A DNA stretch of 36,505 bases from Candidatus Limnocylindria bacterium (GTDB lineage Bacteria; Bacillota; Clostridia; Christensenellales; Aristaeellaceae): positions 1 through 36,505 of the forward strand of contig DATHTQ010000272.1 of NCBI GenBank assembly GCA_035463055.1. The letters are read 5' to 3'. The stretch's first letter is position 1; each line of letters begins with the position of its first letter. The notes below the pieces were generated by a model. That model saw only the letters and a program-made list of their open reading frames with translations. It searched no databases and was not told the origin of the DNA. Of this stretch, positions 27,580 through 34,226 are shown piece by piece. The position numbers and the translations under genes were made by a program.

Positions 27580-28586
27580 AGAAGCTGCTCAACAAGCCCG
27601 AGGATTTCGTCAACGAGACCATGGAGGGCATCGTCGCCGCCTACGGCGACCGGGTGAAGACGCTGGAGGGCGACAACCGCGTGCTGCTGTCCAACTACCC
27701 GGCGCGCGAGGGCAAGGTCGGCATCGTTACCGGCGGCGGCAGCGGCCACCTGCCGGTGTTCCTGGGCTACGTCGGCAAGGGCCTGCTGGACGGGTGCGCG
27801 GTGGGCAACGTGTTCGCCTCGCCGTCCTCCCAGCGCATGGCCGCGATGATCAAGGCGTGCGACCGGGGCGCGGGCGTGCTGTGCCTGTACGGCAACTACG
27901 GCGGAGACAACCTCAACTTCGACATGGCGTGCGAGACGGTCGAGCTCGAGGACGACATCCGGACCCGCACCGTGCGCGTCGCCGACGACGTCGCCTCCGC
28001 CCCGCCGGAAAACAAGGGCAAGCGCAGGGGCGTCGCGGGGATGGTGTTCGCGTTCAAGGTCGCCGGTGCCGCTGCGGACGAGGGGCTGGATTTGGACGGC
28101 GTGGCCCGGGCCGCGCAGCACGCGCTGGACAACACGCGCACGATGGGCGTCGCGCTGAGCGCGTGCATCGTGCCGGAGGTGGGCAAGCCCACGTTCTCCG
28201 TCGCGGACGACGTGATGGAGATCGGCATGGGCATCCACGGGGAGCCGGGCATCCAGACCAGCACGCTGATGAGCGCGGACGACACCGCGAAGCTGCTGGT
28301 GGACAAGATCCTCGCCGACATGCCGCTGGAGCGGGGCGGCCGCGCCTGCGTCATGGTCAACGGCCTGGGCGGCACGCCCAGGGAGGAGCTGCTCATCGTG
28401 TTCCGCAAGGTCCACCAAATGCTTTCGGGCCTGGGCGTCACGGTCGTCATGCCGCACATCGGCGAGTACGCGACGAGCATGGAGATGGCGGGGCTGTCCG
28501 TCACCGTCATGAAGCTGGACGCGGAACTGGAGCGACGGATGCGCGCCCCGGCGTCCTCGCCCTTCTACACCAACGAGAATATTTGA
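27576..28586 (+). CDS. dhaK: dihydroxyacetone kinase family, DhaK (substrate-binding) subunit
   Basis: KLLNKPEDFVNETMEG, GGGSGHLP, GNYGGDNLNF, GMGIHGEPG. GGAGGGA lies upstream. Confidence 0.85.
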   Translation: MKKLLNKPEDFVNETMEGIVAAYGDRVKTLEGDNRVLLSNYPAREGKVGIVTGGGSGHLPVFLGYVGKGLLDGCAVGNVFASPSSQRMAAMIKACDRGAGVLCLYGNYGGDNLNFDMACETVELEDDIRTRTVRVADDVASAPPENKGKRRGVAGMVFAFKVAGAAADEGLDLDGVARAAQHALDNTRTMGVALSACIVPEVGKPTFSVADDVMEIGMGIHGEPGIQTSTLMSADDTAKLLVDKILADMPLERGGRACVMVNGLGGTPREELLIVFRKVHQMLSGLGVTVVMPHIGEYATSMEMAGLSVTVMKLDAELERRMRAPASSPFYTNENI

Positions 28587-28596
28587 GGAGCGGCAG

Positions 28597-29220
28597 ATGC
28601 TGACGCGTGAAAGCCTGGGCGCGGCGCTGAAGGGCGTCGCCGCCGTCATGGAAGAGAACCGGCAGATGCTCATCGAGATGGACCAGCGCAACGGGGACGG
28701 GGACCTGGGCATCTCCATGGCGCAGGGGTACGGCGCCGCCAGCCGGTTCGTGGAAGGCGCGCAGGAGGATGACCTTGGCAGGCTCTTCGTGGGCATGAGC
28801 AAGGCCTTCAACGAGGCCGCACCGAGCACCCTGGGCACCATCACGTCGCTGTTCCTCATGGGCGCGGCGAAGGCACTCAAGGGGAACGCGCAGGCGGACC
28901 TCGCGCTCACGGCGCTCGCGCTGCGCGAGGGCCTCAACCGCATCGCCGAGCGCGCGGGCTCGAAGACCGGCGAAAAGACCATCCTGGACGCGTGGGACCC
29001 GGCGGTGCGCTTCCTGGAGCTCAACACCAAACTCCCCGCCGCCGAGGCGTTCGCGGGCGCGGCGAAGGCAGCCCGGGCCGGCGCGGACAGCACGGCCGCC
29101 ATGCCCGCCGTGCACGGACGCGCCGCCTACTACGGCGAGAAGGCCATCGGCCTGGTGGACGGCGGCGCCGTCGCCGGGGCGCTGGTGTTCGAGGCAATCG
29201 CGGAGGCGGTGAAGGCGTAG
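28597..29220 (+). CDS. dhaL: dihydroxyacetone kinase family, DhaL (nucleotide-binding, DAK2) subunit
   Basis: DQRNGDGDLG, GEKTILDAW and GRAAYYGEKAIGLVDGGA are typical DAK2-domain motifs. GAGGAG lies upstream. Confidence 0.85.
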   Translation: MLTRESLGAALKGVAAVMEENRQMLIEMDQRNGDGDLGISMAQGYGAASRFVEGAQEDDLGRLFVGMSKAFNEAAPSTLGTITSLFLMGAAKALKGNAQADLALTALALREGLNRIAERAGSKTGEKTILDAWDPAVRFLELNTKLPAAEAFAGAAKAARAGADSTAAMPAVHGRAAYYGEKAIGLVDGGAVAGALVFEAIAEAVKA

Positions 29221-29290
29221 GGCAGGAGGCGGAGGATAAAGCGCGGAGGGATTAAGTGATTCCCGCAGAGTGCTGATGGAGAACAAGCAG

Positions 29291-29330
29291 AACACCCGGC
29301 AGGCCAGCGGCCGCCGGGTGTTCGTTTGTG
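29291..29330. terminator. probable bidirectional terminator between convergent dhaL and the rseC-like gene
   Basis: Perfect 10-bp stem AACACCCGGC (29291-29300) / GCCGGGTGTT (29313-29322), followed by CGTTTGTGTT on the plus strand and CTGCTTGTTCT on the minus strand. Confidence 0.55.
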
Positions 29331-29494
29331 TTGGTCAACCCCGGCGGGACCAAGCAGACCTGTCCATGATATTTGTCCGACCATGCGCAGGCAGTCCATG
29401 ATGTTCATATTCCGTGATTAAGAAAGCGTGCAAGGAATCAAGCCGCCAGTCAATCCGTGCCCCCCATGAAGGAGGCTTCAGGGAGACGTATCGC

Positions 29495-29959
29495 TCAACC
29501 CGAAGATGACCAGGCGGCTGCTTTGGGGCAGATGCCTCCCTCGTTCAATGCACGGACGTCTTCCGGGTCGTTGACGGAGACCGCCGTGGCCCCACAGGCC
29601 CTGGATGCCGCCGGGCGCGGCGACAGCAGCTTCAGCGAAAGGGCACTGAGCGCCAGGCCCGCTGCCCCGCCAAGAACCATCACCGGTTCGCTGCCCTCCC
29701 AAAACCGGTTGGCGATGATCACTCCTGCCATAAGGCCAAGTGTATATAGCGGATATACCAGCAGGCAAGGTTTTGCTGAACGCCCGCCGTCGAGTTCCAG
29801 CCGTACCACATCGCCTGTTTTTGCCGTGCCGCGTGCAAACAGGACCTCCGGCCTGATATCCCTTCCGCAGGCGCCGCAGCCCCGGCAGGCGGCAGTACGT
29901 TCCATGCGGACCGTCATGCCGAATTGATCTGCCTTGACAACCCGGCCAATCCTTTGCAT
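29495..29959 (-). CDS. RseC/MucC (SoxR-reducing-system) family small membrane protein
   Basis: From ATG 29959 (AGAGGAG 8 nt upstream): MQRIGRVVKADQFGMTVRMERTAACRGCGAC, then two hydrophobic helices and a ~45-aa C-terminal tail. The track ORF opens 22 codons earlier. Confidence 0.6.
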   Translation of the reverse strand: MQRIGRVVKADQFGMTVRMERTAACRGCGACGRDIRPEVLFARGTAKTGDVVRLELDGGRSAKPCLLVYPLYTLGLMAGVIIANRFWEGSEPVMVLGGAAGLALSALSLKLLSPRPAASRACGATAVSVNDPEDVRALNEGGICPKAAAWSSSG

Positions 29960-30031
29960 GAATGCACTCCTCTTTCCGGACGCGCTGGCGCGCGTCTTTG
30001 CGTATGACGGCGGCGTACAGCGCAAGCCTAT

Positions 30032-30058
30032 ATTCTATAATGGAAAGAGCGCTGTCAA
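30032..30058 (-). promoter_or_regulatory. possible promoter of the rseC-like gene
   Basis: Minus strand reads TTGACA (30058-30053), then an AT-rich -10 region: TAGAAT with a 15-nt spacer, or GAATAT with 17 nt. Confidence 0.3.
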
Positions 30059-30094
30059 GTCCGGTTTCGGGGTATAGGCGCAGGAGCAGGAAGG

Positions 30095-31021
30095 CTAATC
30101 GGGGTAATTCTCCCGGTACAGCCGGTCGATCTCCTCCCGGTACGGCATCGACGGCGCGGTGCCCGGGCGGGTGACGGACAGCGCCGCCGCCGCGTTGCCG
30201 AAGCGCATCGCGCCGAACAGGTCCTTTCCCTCGTCCAGCGCGGTGACGAACGCGCCGCTGAACGCGTCGCCCGCGCCGGTCGTGTCTACCGCCTTGACGG
30301 GGATGCGGGGAAGCAGCAGGTCCCGCGTGCCGTCGTGGCCGTATACGCCCATCTCCCCCAGCGTGATGACGACGTGCTTCACGCCCCGTTCCAGGAAGAA
30401 CCGGGCGGCGCGGCGCGCGCTGTCCTCGTCCCGCACGCGCACGCCGGTGAGCGCCTCGGCCTCCGTCTCGTTGGGGGTGACCACGTCCACCAGGACTAGG
30501 ACATCGTCCGGCACCGGCGCGGCCGGCGCGGGGTTGAGCACGACCCGCACGCCCGCCCGGTGCGCGATGCGGATGGCCTCGTGCAGCGCGTCGAAGTTGA
30601 TCTCCAGCTGCGTGAGCAGGATGCCCGCGCCCTCCAGCAGGTCCCGGCACCCCTCCACGTCCTGAGGCGTGAAATGCGCGCACGCGCCGGGCGTCACGAC
30701 GATCATGTTCTGCGCGCTGGCTTCGTCCACCATGATCAGCGCGGTCCCGGTATGGACGGAGCCGTCCCTGATGATGCGGCCCGTGTCCATCCCTTCCTTC
30801 TCATAGAAATCCGTCGCGACCCGCGCGAACACGTCGCCGCCGATGCGGGTCACCAGCCGCACGTCCGCCCCGGCGCGGTGCGCGGCGACCGCCTGGTTGC
30901 TTCCCTTGCCGCCCGGGCCCATGACGAAGGTGCTGCCGATGAGCGTCTGGCCGGGCACCGGAAGCCCCGCGCAGCGGCTGGTCAGGTCCACCACGAAACT
31001 GCCGAATACGAGAATGCCCAT
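30095..31021 (-). CDS. rbsK: ribokinase (PfkB family)
   Basis: 308 aa with VFGSFVVDL, GPGGKGSNQAVAA, TPNETEAEALTG, GAGDAFSGAF. Confidence 0.85.
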   Translation of the reverse strand: MGILVFGSFVVDLTSRCAGLPVPGQTLIGSTFVMGPGGKGSNQAVAAHRAGADVRLVTRIGGDVFARVATDFYEKEGMDTGRIIRDGSVHTGTALIMVDEASAQNMIVVTPGACAHFTPQDVEGCRDLLEGAGILLTQLEINFDALHEAIRIAHRAGVRVVLNPAPAAPVPDDVLVLVDVVTPNETEAEALTGVRVRDEDSARRAARFFLERGVKHVVITLGEMGVYGHDGTRDLLLPRIPVKAVDTTGAGDAFSGAFVTALDEGKDLFGAMRFGNAAAALSVTRPGTAPSMPYREEIDRLYRENYPD

Positions 31022-31093
31022 ACGTCATCACCCCATACATTACTAAAGTAGAACCTGTCCGCGCCGGGGGAGCCTTCATCTTTTTGCCATTCC

Positions 31094-31133
31094 ATGGAAA
31101 GACGCCTGTCCCAGTGTACACCAGGGACAGGCG
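31094..31133 (-). terminator. possible terminator after the SGNH hydrolase gene
   Basis: 10-bp stem CGCCTGTCCC (31103-31112) / GGGACAGGCG (31124-31133) around the palindrome GTGTACAC. On the minus strand it is followed by TCTTTCC. Confidence 0.4.
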
Positions 31134-31181
31134 GCTATGGAATATGCACGTCCGGACAGCCTTGCCTTGGGACGAGAAGGG

Positions 31182-31877
31182 TCAGGAAACCACTGACGGG
31201 CCGGCGGGCAGCAGGGGCAGGTCGCTGGCGGCGGCATGGGCGATGACGCGGTGGCCCTCCCCGTTGGGGTGCATGCCGTCGACGCAGTACAGGCTGCCCA
31301 GTTCCCGCTCCTTAAGGAACCACGCGCGCAGGTCGAAGAGGTTGCAGCGCGTGAGGCGGGCGACCTTGTGGATCGCGAGCGCGTACTGCTCGTGCCACCT
31401 ATAGACGCGGTGGACGTCGCCCAGGAAGCGCAGGATGGCCCCGGCGTCCAGCCCCCGGGAGATCCAGGGCACGAAGCGCTCCGACACCAGGGGCACGGGC
31501 GTGACCAGCACGGGCACCTTTCCCAGGTCGCGGACCCGGCCCACGAACCGGGACAGGGTGCGCTCGAACTCCTCCAGGCCGACCCTGGCGGGGTGGAGCG
31601 TCAACGGGTCCTCCGACGCGGCCTTCCAGTCCGGCGTGCAGTCGTTCCCGCCGAACTCGATCGCCACGGCGTCCGCGTCCAGCGGCGGGTCCTCCTCGAA
31701 CGCCGCGAGGCCCTCCGCCGCCGTCGCGCCGAAACGCGAGCGGTTGATGAACCTCGCCACGCCGCTTCCCTCCATCAGCCTGTCAAACCCGTCCTTCAGG
31801 ATCGCGTAGCGCCCCCGGCCCTCGTCGAAGAAGACCCCGCGGCCCAGCGAATCCCCGAACACCGCAATCGTCAGCAT
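31182..31877 (-). CDS. SGNH/GDSL hydrolase family protein
   Basis: From ATG 31877: MLTIAVFGDSLGRG (block I Ser), FGGNDC (block III), DGMHPNGEGH (block V). The upstream 76 codons of the track ORF look non-coding. Confidence 0.8.
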   Translation of the reverse strand: MLTIAVFGDSLGRGVFFDEGRGRYAILKDGFDRLMEGSGVARFINRSRFGATAAEGLAAFEEDPPLDADAVAIEFGGNDCTPDWKAASEDPLTLHPARVGLEEFERTLSRFVGRVRDLGKVPVLVTPVPLVSERFVPWISRGLDAGAILRFLGDVHRVYRWHEQYALAIHKVARLTRCNLFDLRAWFLKERELGSLYCVDGMHPNGEGHRVIAHAAASDLPLLPAGPSVVS

Positions 31878-32371
31878 TTTTATCACCCGTCTTTCGCCAG
31901 ATAACATACCCGCAACACGGCGGCGGAACAGCCCGCCGGGGTTCCCGTGGGGTACTTCAGGCAGGGTATCCGATTGCCAGGCGCGGTTCAACCTTTTTTG
32001 CAGAGCGGCTGTGCCCGCAAGCGCGGCGGGGAGCAACTGCCCTGCGCGGGAGCACGGCCGTGCGCCATGCGGGAAGACGCGGCACATCATAAGCCCCGTA
32101 CCCAAAGCCCCAGCCTATTCGCAGCACGCGCCTCGCTCGTACTGCCGCATCCATACGCGTCACATACATTGTCCCCACAGCCTCAGCCCATATGCGTCGT
32201 CATCGTCCGTGTATCCGCAACCCGTCGCATAAGCCAAGCGGAAGGCATGCGCAAGAAGCGAAGGGTCCGCCAACCCCCCTTCGCTGCGCGCCGGGTGCAC
32301 GCTTCCCGGCTGCCTGCGGATTCTGCATGCCATTGCCCCGGCACACGCCGAAGAGGGCTGCGCGCCAGGGG

Positions 32372-32515
32372 AACATCAAACGGTATGTTGCGAATTACAC
32401 TTATTCGTTTGAATTGCATTTTTCTCATCATTTTGTGCAGCTAAATTCGCAAAAATATGTTGATTTAATTAATATATTTCATATATGTTTAGTGGGTATA
32501 TATAGCGGTGTAAAG
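32372..32515. promoter_or_regulatory. AT-rich island, likely divergent promoter region
   Basis: The only strongly AT-rich stretch in the window (e.g. aaaaatatgttgatttaattaatatatttcatatatgtttagtgggtatatata). Candidate plus-strand elements are TTGATT-N16-TATATG and TTTAGT-N17-TAAAGT. Exact start sites cannot be called. Confidence 0.45.
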
Positions 32516-32519
32516 TGGT

Positions 32520-32838
32520 CCGGGTCACACCGGGACGCGAATACCAGGTCCGGGTTCGGAACGATTTTGTACCCCGGGGCGGCGGGGCAAGGACACACAG
32601 GCATCCGCCACAAGGCAACGACGAAGCACTGCACCTGACACGACCGGCGGCGCGGGAAAAGGCTCACCCGGTACAAGGAAGCCGCGCACGCCAGGGAACG
32701 GTACCATCCGCAGCCGCAAGGGTTCCCCCGGCGCCCGGGATTGTGCAGGGCGCCAGGCCCCGGAAGGCGAGGAGCGATACCGAAAACGGCCATCAGGGAC
32801 ACCGGAAGAAAACTGGTTTTTCGCCGGCTTGTTTGCTG
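32520..32838 (+). promoter_or_regulatory. long GC-rich structured 5' leader; cobalamin-riboswitch-like motif order ending in a terminator-like hairpin (unverified)
   Basis: Motifs in order: CCAGGGAA (32691-32698), CGGUACCAUCCG (32699-32710), CAGCCGCAAGGGU (32711-32723), hairpin GGCGCCC/GGGCGCC (32730-32754), GCCAGG, GGAAGGC (32762-32768), and B12-box-like AUCAGGGACACCGG (32792-32805). Then the hairpin CCGGAAGAAAAC..GUUUUUCGCCGG (32802-32827) followed by CUUGUUUGCUG. Every motif deviates from consensus. Confidence 0.35.
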
Positions 32839-32920
32839 ATGGCAAATACAAAGGTTGAACGACGTTGGCCTGGCTCGTATACGACACACGCTGAGACGTA
32901 TTGACCGGCAGGAGGAAATC

Positions 32921-34171
32921 ATGAAACGGAAATACCTGGCCATCCTGGTCGCCGCCGCGATGACGCTGACCGCGCTGGGCGCGGTGGGCGCGCAGGACGC
33001 ATTGGACCCCGCAATAGAAATCGAGTCGTCCATTCCCTTAGGCGAAGGCGAGGACGGGGACACGGAACAGGCCGCCCTGGAAGAAGAGCCAGCGGCGCAG
33101 CCGCCCGCCGGGGAGCCGGAAGCCCCTCCTGCCGAGGAACCCATCGAAGAGCCCGCGCAGGAATCCGCACCCCGGGAAGAGCCCGCGGCGCAGCCGCCCG
33201 CAGGGGAGCCTGCAGCGCCCCCCGCCGGGGAGCCCGCCGCGCAGCCGCCCGCAGGAGAGGAACCGGCACCCGCACCGGAAGAGGACGCCATCCCCGAAGA
33301 GGAACCCGCGGACGCTTTCCTCCCCGATGAGGATGAGCGCGACGAGGCGGACGACCCGTTCATCCCGGACGAGCCCGAGGCGGAGGAGCCCACCGGGGAG
33401 GACCCGTTCATCGGGATCACCCCGGAAGAGCTGGAAGCCGGCGGCCCGCTGGTCCCCATCGGCACGGCGGGGCCGGACGAAATCCCCATCCCGGACGCCA
33501 CTGACGCCCCGGAAGAGGAGCCCATCCCCGACGCGCCGGAGGAGACGCCCATTCCCGACGCCACAGACGCGCCCGCCGAAATACCCGTCCCCGGCGCGCC
33601 GGCCGTGACCCCCGTCCCGGACGACCCGGAAATCATCCTGGCGCCCGAGGAGACGTTCGCGTACATCGTCCCCGCCGGGTCCCTCTCCATCGGCTCCACG
33701 CGCATCGAGCTGCGCGCCGCGCCCGACCCGGCCTCCGCGGTCCTCGCGGTCATCGACCCGGGCGCGTACGTCCGGGTGCTGGGCGAGGACGCCGCCTGGG
33801 CGCGCGTGGAGTACAACGGCCTGGTGGGCTACGTGGACAAGGCCAACGTGGTCGTGAACCGGCCCGTGTTCGACCCGGACAGCCTGGGCATCCGCATATG
33901 GTTCACCAACGAACCCGAGAAAGTGCATTACGGCGACGTGCTGACCATGCGCGGCCTGCTCGTGGGCTTTGAGGGCCTGGAGTACGACTACAGCCTCGTC
34001 TGGCAGCGCGCATCCATGAACCGCGACCGCTCCGTCAACAACGACTGGACGGACATTTCCGGCGCGGATGGCCTCACCTACACCTTTACGGTGGACGAAG
34101 CGACGGAGTGGGCGGCCTGGAGGCTCATCGCCCGCGTCCGGGTGCCCGCTGCCCATACCGACGGCCAATGA
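32921..34171 (+). CDS. secreted acidic Pro/Glu/Ala-rich repeat protein with SH3b domain and a C-terminal beta-rich domain
   Basis: ATG 32921 follows AGGAGGAAATC. Signal peptide MKRKYLAILVAAAMTLTALGAVGA. About 200 aa of low complexity (EPAAQPPAGEP x3, PIPDATDAP x2). SH3b-like segment IELRAAPDPASAVLAVIDPGAYVRVLGEDAAWARVEYNGLVGYVDKANV. Confidence 0.75.
   Translation: MKRKYLAILVAAAMTLTALGAVGAQDALDPAIEIESSIPLGEGEDGDTEQAALEEEPAAQPPAGEPEAPPAEEPIEEPAQESAPREEPAAQPPAGEPAAPPAGEPAAQPPAGEEPAPAPEEDAIPEEEPADAFLPDEDERDEADDPFIPDEPEAEEPTGEDPFIGITPEELEAGGPLVPIGTAGPDEIPIPDATDAPEEEPIPDAPEETPIPDATDAPAEIPVPGAPAVTPVPDDPEIILAPEETFAYIVPAGSLSIGSTRIELRAAPDPASAVLAVIDPGAYVRVLGEDAAWARVEYNGLVGYVDKANVVVNRPVFDPDSLGIRIWFTNEPEKVHYGDVLTMRGLLVGFEGLEYDYSLVWQRASMNRDRSVNNDWTDISGADGLTYTFTVDEATEWAAWRLIARVRVPAAHTDGQ
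33086..33260 (+). repeat. in-frame imperfect ~30-nt repeats encoding EPAAQPPAGEP
   Basis: GAGCC(A/C)GC(G/C)GCGCAGCCGCCCGC(C/A)GG(G/A)GAG occurs at about 33086, 33179 and 33230. Confidence 0.7.
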
Positions 34172-34226
34172 CCGCGACAAACGCTGAAGGACATTGCCTG
34201 AACCAATCCAGAACGGGAGGAACACG

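Noticed and set aside
31947-32444. 165-aa plus-strand ORF (and 73-82-aa ORFs) inside the large non-coding gap
   Set aside because: No RBS, an Arg/Pro/Ala/Cys-rich translation and no domain signature. Treated as non-coding, but see the finding on this gap.
32555-32575. GGTTCGGAAC resembling a tRNA T-arm
   Set aside because: It is not the GGTTCGAATCC-type consensus, and no acceptor or anticodon arms can be built around it.
32520-32838. Leader considered as a c-di-GMP (GEMM-I/II) or c-di-AMP (ydaO) riboswitch, given the downstream adhesin and SH3b genes
   Set aside because: The diagnostic strings I remember are absent: GGCAAAC and ACGCAAAGCC for GEMM-I, AGCUAACCUCGUAAGCG for ydaO. Only AUCCGCAGCC..GCAAG loosely resembles the ydaO 3' part. 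A cobalamin-like order fits better, though still imperfectly.
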